24,000 bases of DNA from Gammaproteobacteria bacterium. GTDB lineage: Bacteria; Pseudomonadota; Gammaproteobacteria; UBA6429; Thiohalophilaceae. Numbering within the stretch: the stretch's first letter is position 1; each line of letters opens with the position of its first letter. The notes under the pieces are model-generated. The model worked only from the letters and a program-made list of their open reading frames with translations, was not told the DNA's origin and did no database searches. The position numbers and the translations under genes are program-made. Location: contig JAFLJQ010000020.1 of the NCBI GenBank assembly GCA_022712915.1, forward strand, positions 17,025 through 41,024, in the 5' to 3' direction. Positions 9,401 to 16,955 of the stretch are shown in pieces.

Positions 9401-9859
9401 CTATATACGCTGGGTATTAAAGATTGAAATAACCTGATCTTCCAGAGTAATACGATCCGCCAGCACTTCACCCAATTTTGACAAATCCGGCTCAAGTGTA
9501 GAAAAATTATCGCAGTGATCCTCGCAATCGTATTTCTCATTAAAATCCAGAATACAGCGGGTTAGCACAGCGATATCGGGATATATCTTCTCAGCTACTT
9601 TTCGCACCTCAGTACGACGCTCAGTATCTTCTTCCATAAAGCGGTACAGCTGGAAATGAGCGCTGGCCGTATAATCCACCAACGTCTCACAAAAACCCTG
9701 CAACACATATTGCAGTTCCTTGTTGTTAGAGTGATAAGGTCGCATGCCGGCTAACTGACCAAACAGCGTCAGCGTCTCTGTACGTGTCTCCAGCAAGGTA
9801 TTGAGTCTATCAAGTGAACCGGCACGTCTTTCGGCAGGAGCGTTTTGTGTTGATGTCAT
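9401..9859 (-). CDS. rsd: Rsd/AlgQ-family anti-sigma-70 regulator
   Basis: FCETLVDYTASAHFQLYRFM and LGEVLADRITLEDQVI align with E. coli Rsd FCQSLVDYLSAGHFSIYERI and IGEALEARFVLEDKLI. Size is 152 aa. SD AGGGGA lies upstream. Confidence 0.85.
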   Translation of the reverse strand: MTSTQNAPAERRAGSLDRLNTLLETRTETLTLFGQLAGMRPYHSNNKELQYVLQGFCETLVDYTASAHFQLYRFMEEDTERRTEVRKVAEKIYPDIAVLTRCILDFNEKYDCEDHCDNFSTLEPDLSKLGEVLADRITLEDQVISIFNTQRI

Positions 9860-10354
9860 AAGATATCCCCTGATTGTTTTTAGTAATGATTAAAAATATA
9901 ACTGCCCTACTATGCACTTAGTATGCCATGGTCTGTCAAGACTCTTTTATACGACTTACCAGATGATTTAAGTCAGTTATCCGATCATATTATGTGCCAA
10001 AATGAAGTTTAATGCACTGTAACTAATTAATTTAAATAAGAAAAAACTTATTTAACAGCCTCATCACCAAGCCACCCTTGCAGACAATTTTTTTTGTTGT
10101 GTCATGCGTGTCAATTTGTAAAAAATTCACTTGCAATTTCCTCTAGCATCAAAATGCTTCTCACGCAGAAAATTCATGGTAACAGGAGCATGACTGAGTA
10201 ATGGTTGTAACCAGGCTGACTTAACAATACAACCGATATAATGCAAAGGAATGAGAAACACTTGGGGCCATCCACTGCTTCGACTACAATGCAACTGCGG
10301 TATTAAAGATAAAGATCGCCATGCTCACTCCTTACTTAAGTCAGACATCTATCC

Positions 10355-11707
10355 ATGGCCACACCTGAACTACTCCTCCCTGCCGGAACCCTCAAGAACA
10401 TGCACTATGCCTTTGCATATGGTGCCGATGCGGTCTACGCAGGCCAACCTCGCTATAGTCTGCGGGTACGAAATAACGATTTCAAACTCGAGAACCTGGC
10501 CATAGGCATCCGCGAGGCCCATCGCCTTAACAAGAAGTTCTTTGTCGCCAGTAATATCCTGCCCCATAATGCCAAACTAAAGACCTATCTGGCCGATATG
10601 GCTCCAGTGATCGACCTCAAGCCAGATGCCCTGATCATGGCCGATCCCGGGCTGATTATGTTGGTACGGGAAAAATGGCCAGAGGTACCCATTCATCTCT
10701 CGGTGCAGGCCAATACAGTTAACTATGCCGGGGTGAAGTTCTGGCAGTCCATCGGCCTGGAACGTGTCATCCTGTCCCGAGAACTATCACTGGATGAGAT
10801 TGCTGAAATCCGTCAAACCTGCCCGGACATGGAACTGGAGGTATTTGTCCACGGGGCCCTGTGTATCGCCTATTCCGGACGCTGTCTGTTATCCGGTTAC
10901 TTTAACCACCGTGACCCCAATCAGGGCAGCTGCACCAATGCCTGCCGTTGGGAGTACAACCTGCATCCAGCCGGGGAGACAGAAAGTGGCGATATTCGCA
11001 AAATCGAATTCGATGCAATGGCCGCGCTCAAAAACCCGCCCCCTTTTGCCGAAACGGAACAACAACGGCACCCCCTGGCCGACGAGGTCTATCTGATTGA
11101 AGAGCAAGGCCGCAGCGGCGAGTACATGCCCATTTTAGAAGATGAACATGGCACCTATATTATGAACTCCCGAGACCTGCGAGCCATCCAGCATGTCGAA
11201 CAGCTCACTAAAATCGGCATCGACTCCCTCAAGATCGAAGGGCGAACCAAATCCCATTATTATGTCGCCCGCACGGCCCAGCTCTACCGGCAAGCCATCA
11301 ATGATGCCGTGGCCGGCCAACCCTTCAACGCAGAGTTGTATGGCAAGCTGGAAGGTCTAGCCAACCGGGGTTACACTGAAGGCTTCTACCAACGTCATCC
11401 AAATCAGGACTACCAGAACTACCTGCAAGGTATCTCCCTCAGCCAACATCAGCAGTTTGTTGGCGAGATCACGTCTTATGATCCACAGCAGGGCATGGCC
11501 GAGATATTAATAAAAAACAAACTGCGCATAGGCGACCATATTGAAGTTATTGCCCCACAGGGTAATTACCCGATAAAACTCGAACGTATGGAAAACCTGC
11601 ACGGTGAAAACATGTCAGAGGCACCCGGCGGAGGTTATCAGGTCAGAATTCCACTACCTCCGGCCGACTATCAACATGCGCTGCTAGCCAAATATCTGCA
11701 AGGCTAA
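10355..11707 (+). CDS. yegQ: peptidase U32-family protein YegQ/TrhP (tRNA 5-hydroxyuridine formation)
   Basis: Near-colinear with E. coli YegQ: PELL.PAGTLKNM.YAFAYGADAVYAGQPRYSLRVRNN.F, HGALC.AYSGRCLLSGY.N.RDPNQG.CTNACRWEYN, EDEHGTYIMNS.DLRAI.HVE.LTK.G..SLKIEGRTKS.YY.ARTAQ.YR.AI.DA.AG.PF. Confidence 0.9.
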   Translation: MATPELLLPAGTLKNMHYAFAYGADAVYAGQPRYSLRVRNNDFKLENLAIGIREAHRLNKKFFVASNILPHNAKLKTYLADMAPVIDLKPDALIMADPGLIMLVREKWPEVPIHLSVQANTVNYAGVKFWQSIGLERVILSRELSLDEIAEIRQTCPDMELEVFVHGALCIAYSGRCLLSGYFNHRDPNQGSCTNACRWEYNLHPAGETESGDIRKIEFDAMAALKNPPPFAETEQQRHPLADEVYLIEEQGRSGEYMPILEDEHGTYIMNSRDLRAIQHVEQLTKIGIDSLKIEGRTKSHYYVARTAQLYRQAINDAVAGQPFNAELYGKLEGLANRGYTEGFYQRHPNQDYQNYLQGISLSQHQQFVGEITSYDPQQGMAEILIKNKLRIGDHIEVIAPQGNYPIKLERMENLHGENMSEAPGGGYQVRIPLPPADYQHALLAKYLQG

Positions 11708-11779
11708 GGCCACACCTAAAAGTTTATCCTTTACCCACCAAAAAATAGACAGCGGGACAAACAGCAACAATAATAGCTC

Positions 11780-13231
11780 ATGCATCCGGGTTTTATATCA
11801 AGCAAACAACTCTATCTGGCGATTGATCAGGGGGGTCATGCCACGCGAGCCATGGCATTCAACGGCAAAGGCGAACTGGTCGCGGAAACCCTTCAAGCTG
11901 TCCATGTCCAACATCCCAAAGCAGACTTTGTCGAACACAACCCCAAAGAAATGCTGCAATCCATCGAGTTGACACTCAGTACCATGCTAGAAAAATTGGC
12001 CGATAAGGCGGGTGATATTGTCGCTGCCGGACTGGCCACTCAACGCTCCAATATCATCTGCTGGGACAGGCAATCAGGCGCCCCTCTCACACCCATTATT
12101 AGCTGGCAGGATCGACGTAACTATGAGTGGTTAAAACAGTTCAAAACCAAAGCAGAGGATATTCACAAAACAACCGGACTTTTTTTATCCCCCCATTACG
12201 GAGCTAGCAAACTGCGCTGGTGTCTGGAGCACTACCCAGAAACCCAACAAGCTCTTGATGAAGGCCGGCTTTGCATGGGCCCCATGGCCAGCTATTTTAT
12301 TTTCAAACTCACCCAGGAGCATAATTTTCTGACCGATGTGGTCAATGCCTCCCGCACCCAATTATGGAGCATATATACCCATGACTGGGATCCCGCCCTA
12401 CTCAAACTGTTTGATATTCCTTTACAAGCATTACCCTTATGCCAGCCCACTTCAGCTCATTTTGGCCATATAAAACTGGGAAAATATGACATACCCCTTA
12501 ATCTTGTTTCAGGCGATCAATCCACCGCCATGTTTGCCTATGGCCATCTACAACCCGACACGGCCTATATCAATACCGGCACCGGAGCCTTCATATCGAG
12601 GCCTTCCGGGCGATTAAAAATCTATGGCCGCCGCTTACTCACCAGCGTGGTTGAACAATCGAAACAAGACACACTGTATGTGCTGGAAGGAACGGTCAAT
12701 GGTGCAGGCAGTGCACTAAGCTGGCTGGCGGAAAAACACCATATCGCCAACATCGAATCTGAACTGGAAAACTGGTTACTGGAAATCAAAGATCCCCCCT
12801 TGTTCTTCAATGGTATCTCCGGTCTGGCATCCCCTTTCTGGATCGCCGACTTTCCAAGCCACTTTGATCGTGATTCATGTAGTGATGCAGAAAAAGTCGT
12901 CGCGGTTATAGAGAGTATTGTATTTTTACTTTGCTCCAACATTGACGAAATGAAAAAACTATCCTCTCCACCAGAACAACTTCAGATCACAGGTGGATTG
13001 GCTATCCAGGATGGCCTCTGTCAACACCTGGCCGACTTGAGTCAACTACCGTTATATCGACCCATGGAGTGTGAAGCCACCGCCCGAGGGGTCGCCTATC
13101 TCTTAGCAGAACAGCCTAATATCTGGCCAGAAGTCGAACAAGGAATCTGGTTCAAACCAACTAAAAATCTCGCTCTGGAAGAACGCTACCAACAATGGAC
13201 AAATACCATGCTCAATATCATACGTAACTGA
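11780..13231 (+). CDS. FGGY-family carbohydrate kinase, glycerol-kinase-like
   Basis: It aligns by eye with GlpK along its length: LAIDQGG.ATRA, VEHNP.EM, ATQR...CWD...G.P....I.WQDRR, SPHYGASKLRW, NASRT.LW......WD, SGDQS.A.F, NTGTGAF, L.I.GG.A. It is diverged at the DQGTTSSR phosphate loop (here DQGGHATR). Confidence 0.8.
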   Translation: MHPGFISSKQLYLAIDQGGHATRAMAFNGKGELVAETLQAVHVQHPKADFVEHNPKEMLQSIELTLSTMLEKLADKAGDIVAAGLATQRSNIICWDRQSGAPLTPIISWQDRRNYEWLKQFKTKAEDIHKTTGLFLSPHYGASKLRWCLEHYPETQQALDEGRLCMGPMASYFIFKLTQEHNFLTDVVNASRTQLWSIYTHDWDPALLKLFDIPLQALPLCQPTSAHFGHIKLGKYDIPLNLVSGDQSTAMFAYGHLQPDTAYINTGTGAFISRPSGRLKIYGRRLLTSVVEQSKQDTLYVLEGTVNGAGSALSWLAEKHHIANIESELENWLLEIKDPPLFFNGISGLASPFWIADFPSHFDRDSCSDAEKVVAVIESIVFLLCSNIDEMKKLSSPPEQLQITGGLAIQDGLCQHLADLSQLPLYRPMECEATARGVAYLLAEQPNIWPEVEQGIWFKPTKNLALEERYQQWTNTMLNIIRN

Positions 13232-13232
13232 T

Positions 13233-14411
13233 TCAAGTCAGACTCTGTTCAACAGGAGACAACATTAATTTTGCAGTATCGGCCTTCTGCTGTACATCAG
13301 GTAACGCGGCTCGAATCTTATTCATGACCTGTTGTGCTGTGGCACGATACCCTGTCAACTTACCACCATACAGCGTTAATAAATTCGTATTGTCGGGATG
13401 CTGATACAAAACCGTATCACGGGGCCGATGAAAAAAATTATGAGCCATTTTGGGCAAAACACGCAAACCGGAAAAACTATTCACCACGGTTTCGTCACCG
13501 GCAAAGTAATGTCGATAAATGGCCAACAAATAATCTTTTTCTGCTTGCAGAGGCCGTGTCTTTTCTGGATCGCCCGAATAGGCGGTCTCCGTTGTGCCAA
13601 TTAAAGTCTTACCTTGCCATGGCATAACAAACACAGCCCGTTGATCCTGTGGTGCCTCAACATAATAAACCCCGTCGGGTGCCTTTTCTGCCAAAACCAG
13701 ATGCGTGCCCTGCACCAAATCCATCTCTAAATGCGGCATCACAGGATTCAACAAAGCCAAGATCTCATTGACCCAGGGGCCGGAAGCATTAATCACCACT
13801 CGACTTTGACATTCAAGTTGTCTGCCTTGTTGTTCATAACCTATTACAAAGCGTTTCTTTTGCGATTCCAAGCTTGATACTTTAGCAGAGCAAACCAGTT
13901 CCGCACCCAGTTGCATAGCCGACTGCATAACAGACATTGTCAGGCTGCGGTCATCCGTCTGGGCATCATGGTATTGATAAACAGCCTGAAGGGATGCCGT
14001 TCCTTTTAATGCCAATGTCGGGTATGCCTGTGGTGAAATTTTTTTAAAACGGACATCACGAGAAAAATTCCCCAATGCCGCATACAATGACAGCCCCGCA
14101 CGAATTTGCCAGCCTCGGCGTATCGTCTCAGGAAAAATAGGAATATAAAATGGCACCAACCGAACCAAGTCGGGCGCTAATTTAAGTAACAACGCCCTTT
14201 CCAGCAACGCCTTTCTAACCAGGCCAAACTGGCCACTCTCAAGATAGCGCAAACCACCGTGTATCAATTTACTAGATCGACTGGAGGTTCCAGATGCCAA
14301 CTGCTGCTGCTCAAACAGAATAACCTTGTAACCGGCGGCAGCGGCGGCCTGTGCAACACCGACCCCCTGGATCCCACCACCAATAATGGCGACATCGTAA
14401 TCCGGGGTCAT
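13233..14411 (-). CDS. FAD-dependent glycerol-3-phosphate dehydrogenase/oxidase (short GlpD-like)
   Basis: YDVAIIGGGIQGVGVA...SGTSSRSSKLIHGGLRYLE...F.LV..AL.ER..LL..AP closely matches the GlpD N-terminus. At 392 aa it is shorter than E. coli GlpD. Its ATG overlaps the stop of the upstream GDPD gene (ATGA). Confidence 0.85.
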   Translation of the reverse strand: MTPDYDVAIIGGGIQGVGVAQAAAAAGYKVILFEQQQLASGTSSRSSKLIHGGLRYLESGQFGLVRKALLERALLLKLAPDLVRLVPFYIPIFPETIRRGWQIRAGLSLYAALGNFSRDVRFKKISPQAYPTLALKGTASLQAVYQYHDAQTDDRSLTMSVMQSAMQLGAELVCSAKVSSLESQKKRFVIGYEQQGRQLECQSRVVINASGPWVNEILALLNPVMPHLEMDLVQGTHLVLAEKAPDGVYYVEAPQDQRAVFVMPWQGKTLIGTTETAYSGDPEKTRPLQAEKDYLLAIYRHYFAGDETVVNSFSGLRVLPKMAHNFFHRPRDTVLYQHPDNTNLLTLYGGKLTGYRATAQQVMNKIRAALPDVQQKADTAKLMLSPVEQSLT

Positions 14412-15154
14412 TTTTTGACCATCATTTGCAACTGTTCATGCATCTCTCCAATAGCAAAGGTCTCAACAAACTCCACACCCCGTTTATGCAAGGCCAACGC
14501 AACGACCGGATCGGTACATTCAAATACTGCGATACGACTGGAGGAGTACTTTACCGGGCCTTTTTTCGGCAAGGTATCCAGATCACAAAATAGATATTGC
14601 GGATTCAAGCTTTCTATTGCCTTGTTGCTTCGTTCCTGCCATTCATCAATGACGGCGCCCACAGGCCATTTATGGTGATCACGTACATGGGCCAGCGCCG
14701 CTATATCATAAGAAATCATGACACATTGTGACTGTACCGGTTGCAGAATCGACAGTACCTTTTTGACCATCAACTCATGGCCAAATTTTTCCAGACTACT
14801 GCGTTTCAGCTCAACGAACACGATCACCATCGGATGGCGCTGCATTAGCCCCACCAAACCGATCAAGGTCAAAATAGGGGTATCCACATACTTGTAGGCA
14901 AATCTGTCCGGATCTGATGCCTTGAATCTGGACAACTCAGCAGCACTATAATCGTGCAGTGCACCTTTTTGGCCGCACAGTCGTTGCAGGTTGCGGTCAT
15001 GAAATAAAAAGACAACCTGATCCTTGCTTAACTGAATGTCCACCTCAATATATTCGGCCCCGGCCTCAATCGCTGCTTCCAGACCCAACAGGGTATTTTC
15101 AGGATAATGCTGCGTATAACCTCGGTGAGCAATCAGTTTAGGGGGTATTATCAT
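14408..15154 (-). CDS. glycerophosphodiester phosphodiesterase (GDPD family, cytoplasmic type)
   Basis: LIAHRGY....PENTL.G.EAAI.AGA.YIEVD.Q.SKD.V....HD..L is the GDPD signature. No signal peptide is evident. The track start at 15160 is TTG, so the ATG at 15154 is preferred. Confidence 0.85.
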   Translation of the reverse strand: MIIPPKLIAHRGYTQHYPENTLLGLEAAIEAGAEYIEVDIQLSKDQVVFLFHDRNLQRLCGQKGALHDYSAAELSRFKASDPDRFAYKYVDTPILTLIGLVGLMQRHPMVIVFVELKRSSLEKFGHELMVKKVLSILQPVQSQCVMISYDIAALAHVRDHHKWPVGAVIDEWQERSNKAIESLNPQYLFCDLDTLPKKGPVKYSSSRIAVFECTDPVVALALHKRGVEFVETFAIGEMHEQLQMMVKK

Positions 15155-15263
15155 AGTCAAATACTACCGGTTATTGTCAGGTTCATTTTAAGATAGTATA
15201 AATTTCAGTGCTTTATACCCATTTTATTCGTATTAATATAACAAGGATAAATAAATCGCGATA

Positions 15264-15293
15264 CTGTCAATATTTATCAAACAAGATTGACAG
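15264..15293. promoter_or_regulatory. inverted repeat CTGTCAAT-N14-ATTGACAG upstream of luxR1
   Basis: Perfect 8-bp arms (15264-15271 / 15286-15293). They contain the same CTGTCA/TGACAG half-sites as the lux box at 16186. A perfect TATAAT lies at 15301-15306, 39 nt before the luxR1 ATG. Confidence 0.3.
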
Positions 15294-15344
15294 CACGTTC
15301 TATAATGTAGGCTCAGGTTCAGCAATTTTAACCGGAATGTTGTA

Positions 15345-16091
15345 ATGGATAATTATCGACTGTTCGAGTATATTTCACAGCTAAATACGGCAAATACTTA
15401 TAACCAGATCAAGCAAGTTTGCACCACCTTTTGCCAACACCTCGGTTTTGACTATTTCATTTATGGCTCCCGTATCCCAACCTCACTGGTGAATCCGAGT
15501 TATATCGTTCTTAGTGGTTACCCTGAAGAATGGCGTAATCACTACGTTGAACAAGAGTATTTATTAATAGACCCAACCGTGTCTCACTGTATGGAACATA
15601 TAACCCCCGTACTTTGGGAACAATTCACTAAAACAACTTGCAAACATGACAAGACCATCAACAAGCTATTCTATGAGGCTGATGACTATGGCCTCTGCAA
15701 TGGCATTAGTTACCCAATACACAGCATTCATGGTGAAGCAGCCATGTTTAGCCTAACGACCTCTCTGGCCAACAAAAAATCAAGGGCGCATATTCAATCC
15801 ACCTTTGCAGTAGGTCAATTATTTGCCAGTTATGTGCATGAGGCCATGAAACGAATACCAGATAACAGTCTCTTGGCAAAAACAAACTTTTATTTAACAA
15901 AACGTGAAAAAGAATGCCTACTCTGGACAACCGAAGGCAAGACATCTTGGGAGGTATCCCAAATATTGAGCATATCAGAAAGGACTGTAGTCTTTCATAT
16001 CAATAATGCAATCAAAAAACTCAATGTCTCTAACAAACAACATGCCGTAGCCCGAGCTATTTCACTTGGCCATATCACGCCTCAATTTTAA
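15345..16091 (+). CDS. luxR: LuxR-family AHL-responsive transcriptional regulator
   Basis: The autoinducer-binding signature is present: PEEW..HY....YLLIDP...H......VLW, then G.SYPIHS.HGE.AMFSL. The C-terminal GerE/LuxR HTH is LTKREKECLLWTTEGKTSWEVSQILSISERTVVFHINNAIKKLNVSNKQHAVA.AI.LG. Confidence 0.9.
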   Translation: MDNYRLFEYISQLNTANTYNQIKQVCTTFCQHLGFDYFIYGSRIPTSLVNPSYIVLSGYPEEWRNHYVEQEYLLIDPTVSHCMEHITPVLWEQFTKTTCKHDKTINKLFYEADDYGLCNGISYPIHSIHGEAAMFSLTTSLANKKSRAHIQSTFAVGQLFASYVHEAMKRIPDNSLLAKTNFYLTKREKECLLWTTEGKTSWEVSQILSISERTVVFHINNAIKKLNVSNKQHAVARAISLGHITPQF

Positions 16092-16185
16092 AACTACAGC
16101 TCAATATAGTGAGACATAAAATCTCACTAAAAAAATTCTATTCAGAAACAACCATTCAGAATACCTTTGCATGTCCCTGCCTCAT

Positions 16186-16205
16186 ACCTGTCATATGTGA
16201 CAGCT
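16186..16205. promoter_or_regulatory. lux box (LuxR-type operator) upstream of luxI
   Basis: ACCTGTCATATGTGACAGCT is a 20-bp dyad with CTG-N10-CAG. Its outer positions are identical to the Vibrio fischeri lux box ACCTGTAGGATCGTACAGGT, except for one base in the right arm. Its centre lies about 72 nt upstream of the luxI ATG. Confidence 0.65.
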
Positions 16206-16267
16206 TATAAACTACAATCAAACTAGCTTTACTGTCCCCTAACAACCATAAAAAAGGGACAAACACC

Positions 16268-16879
16268 ATGACTATCTATTTTGGTAAAGTCGGTCAAAAC
16301 AAATACGACGAAGCAACTCTATACAATATGTTTCGATTTCGCCACAAGATATTTCACGACAGACTAAATTGGGAAGTAAACAGTCTACACGGTATGGAAT
16401 ATGATGAGTTTGACACACTCAACCCACATCACATGATCGGAACAAATCAACAGAATCAGGTCGAGGCTTGCTGGCGCTTCCTGCCCACAACCGGATTCTA
16501 CATGTTGAAAGACACTTTTCCGCAACTACTCTGTGGTGAACCTCCCCCACAACAGGATGACATATGGGAGCTCAGCCGATTTGCTGTTGCACCAGTAAGC
16601 GACAATAGTTCTTCACAGACAGTACTAAATGACTTAACTTTTAACATGTTACAATTAAGCTACGAATTTGCAATAACAAATAATATATCCCAATATGTAA
16701 CGGTAACAAGTGCCGCACTAGAACGAATTTTGCTCCATGCTGGCTTTCCCCTGCAACGAATGGGTCATGGGCAATCACAAAAAATAGGCAAAATTACAAC
16801 AGTGGCATGCAAGGTAGCGATAAACGAACAATATCGAAAAGCTGCATTTAAACCGGAACCAAACCAGCAAGCCGCTTAA
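16268..16879 (+). CDS. luxI: acyl-homoserine-lactone synthase (LuxI family)
   Basis: Family signature residues are present in order: FRFRHKIFHDRLNW, EYDEFD, CWRFLPTTG, IWELSRFAV, YVTVTSAALERIL. Size is 203 aa. SD AAGGGA lies 8 nt upstream. Confidence 0.9.
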   Translation: MTIYFGKVGQNKYDEATLYNMFRFRHKIFHDRLNWEVNSLHGMEYDEFDTLNPHHMIGTNQQNQVEACWRFLPTTGFYMLKDTFPQLLCGEPPPQQDDIWELSRFAVAPVSDNSSSQTVLNDLTFNMLQLSYEFAITNNISQYVTVTSAALERILLHAGFPLQRMGHGQSQKIGKITTVACKVAINEQYRKAAFKPEPNQQAA

Positions 16880-16955
16880 AACAACATTTACCTACTGACA
16901 TATGTGGCTCATAATAATATTTCTGTCCTTTTAGTTAAAATTGGAAAAACATCTA

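Noticed and set aside
10251-10505. 84-aa ORF overlapping the yegQ start
   Set aside because: It is out of frame with a gene whose N-terminus matches E. coli YegQ from its first residues. There is no independent support.
12622-12942. 106-aa ORF antisense to the FGGY kinase. The same applies to the other short antisense or overlapping track ORFs inside larger genes, including 3113-3346, 5050-5979, 13334-13627, 14259-14678, 17656-18062, 18281-20096 and 20676-22372.
   Set aside because: All are embedded in confidently assigned genes on the other strand, have no recognisable domains, and show compositions typical of shadow ORFs.
15287-15306. TTGACA followed by TATAAT upstream of luxR1 as a consensus sigma-70 promoter
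   Set aside because: The spacer is only 8 bp, so the two hexamers cannot form one promoter. TTGACA is better explained as the right arm of the inverted repeat.
16108-16128. Hairpin AGTGAGA-N7-TCTCACT just after the luxR1 stop, as a terminator
   Set aside because: It is followed by an A-run rather than a T-run on the plus strand, so it is not a canonical intrinsic terminator. It may still be a weak attenuating structure.
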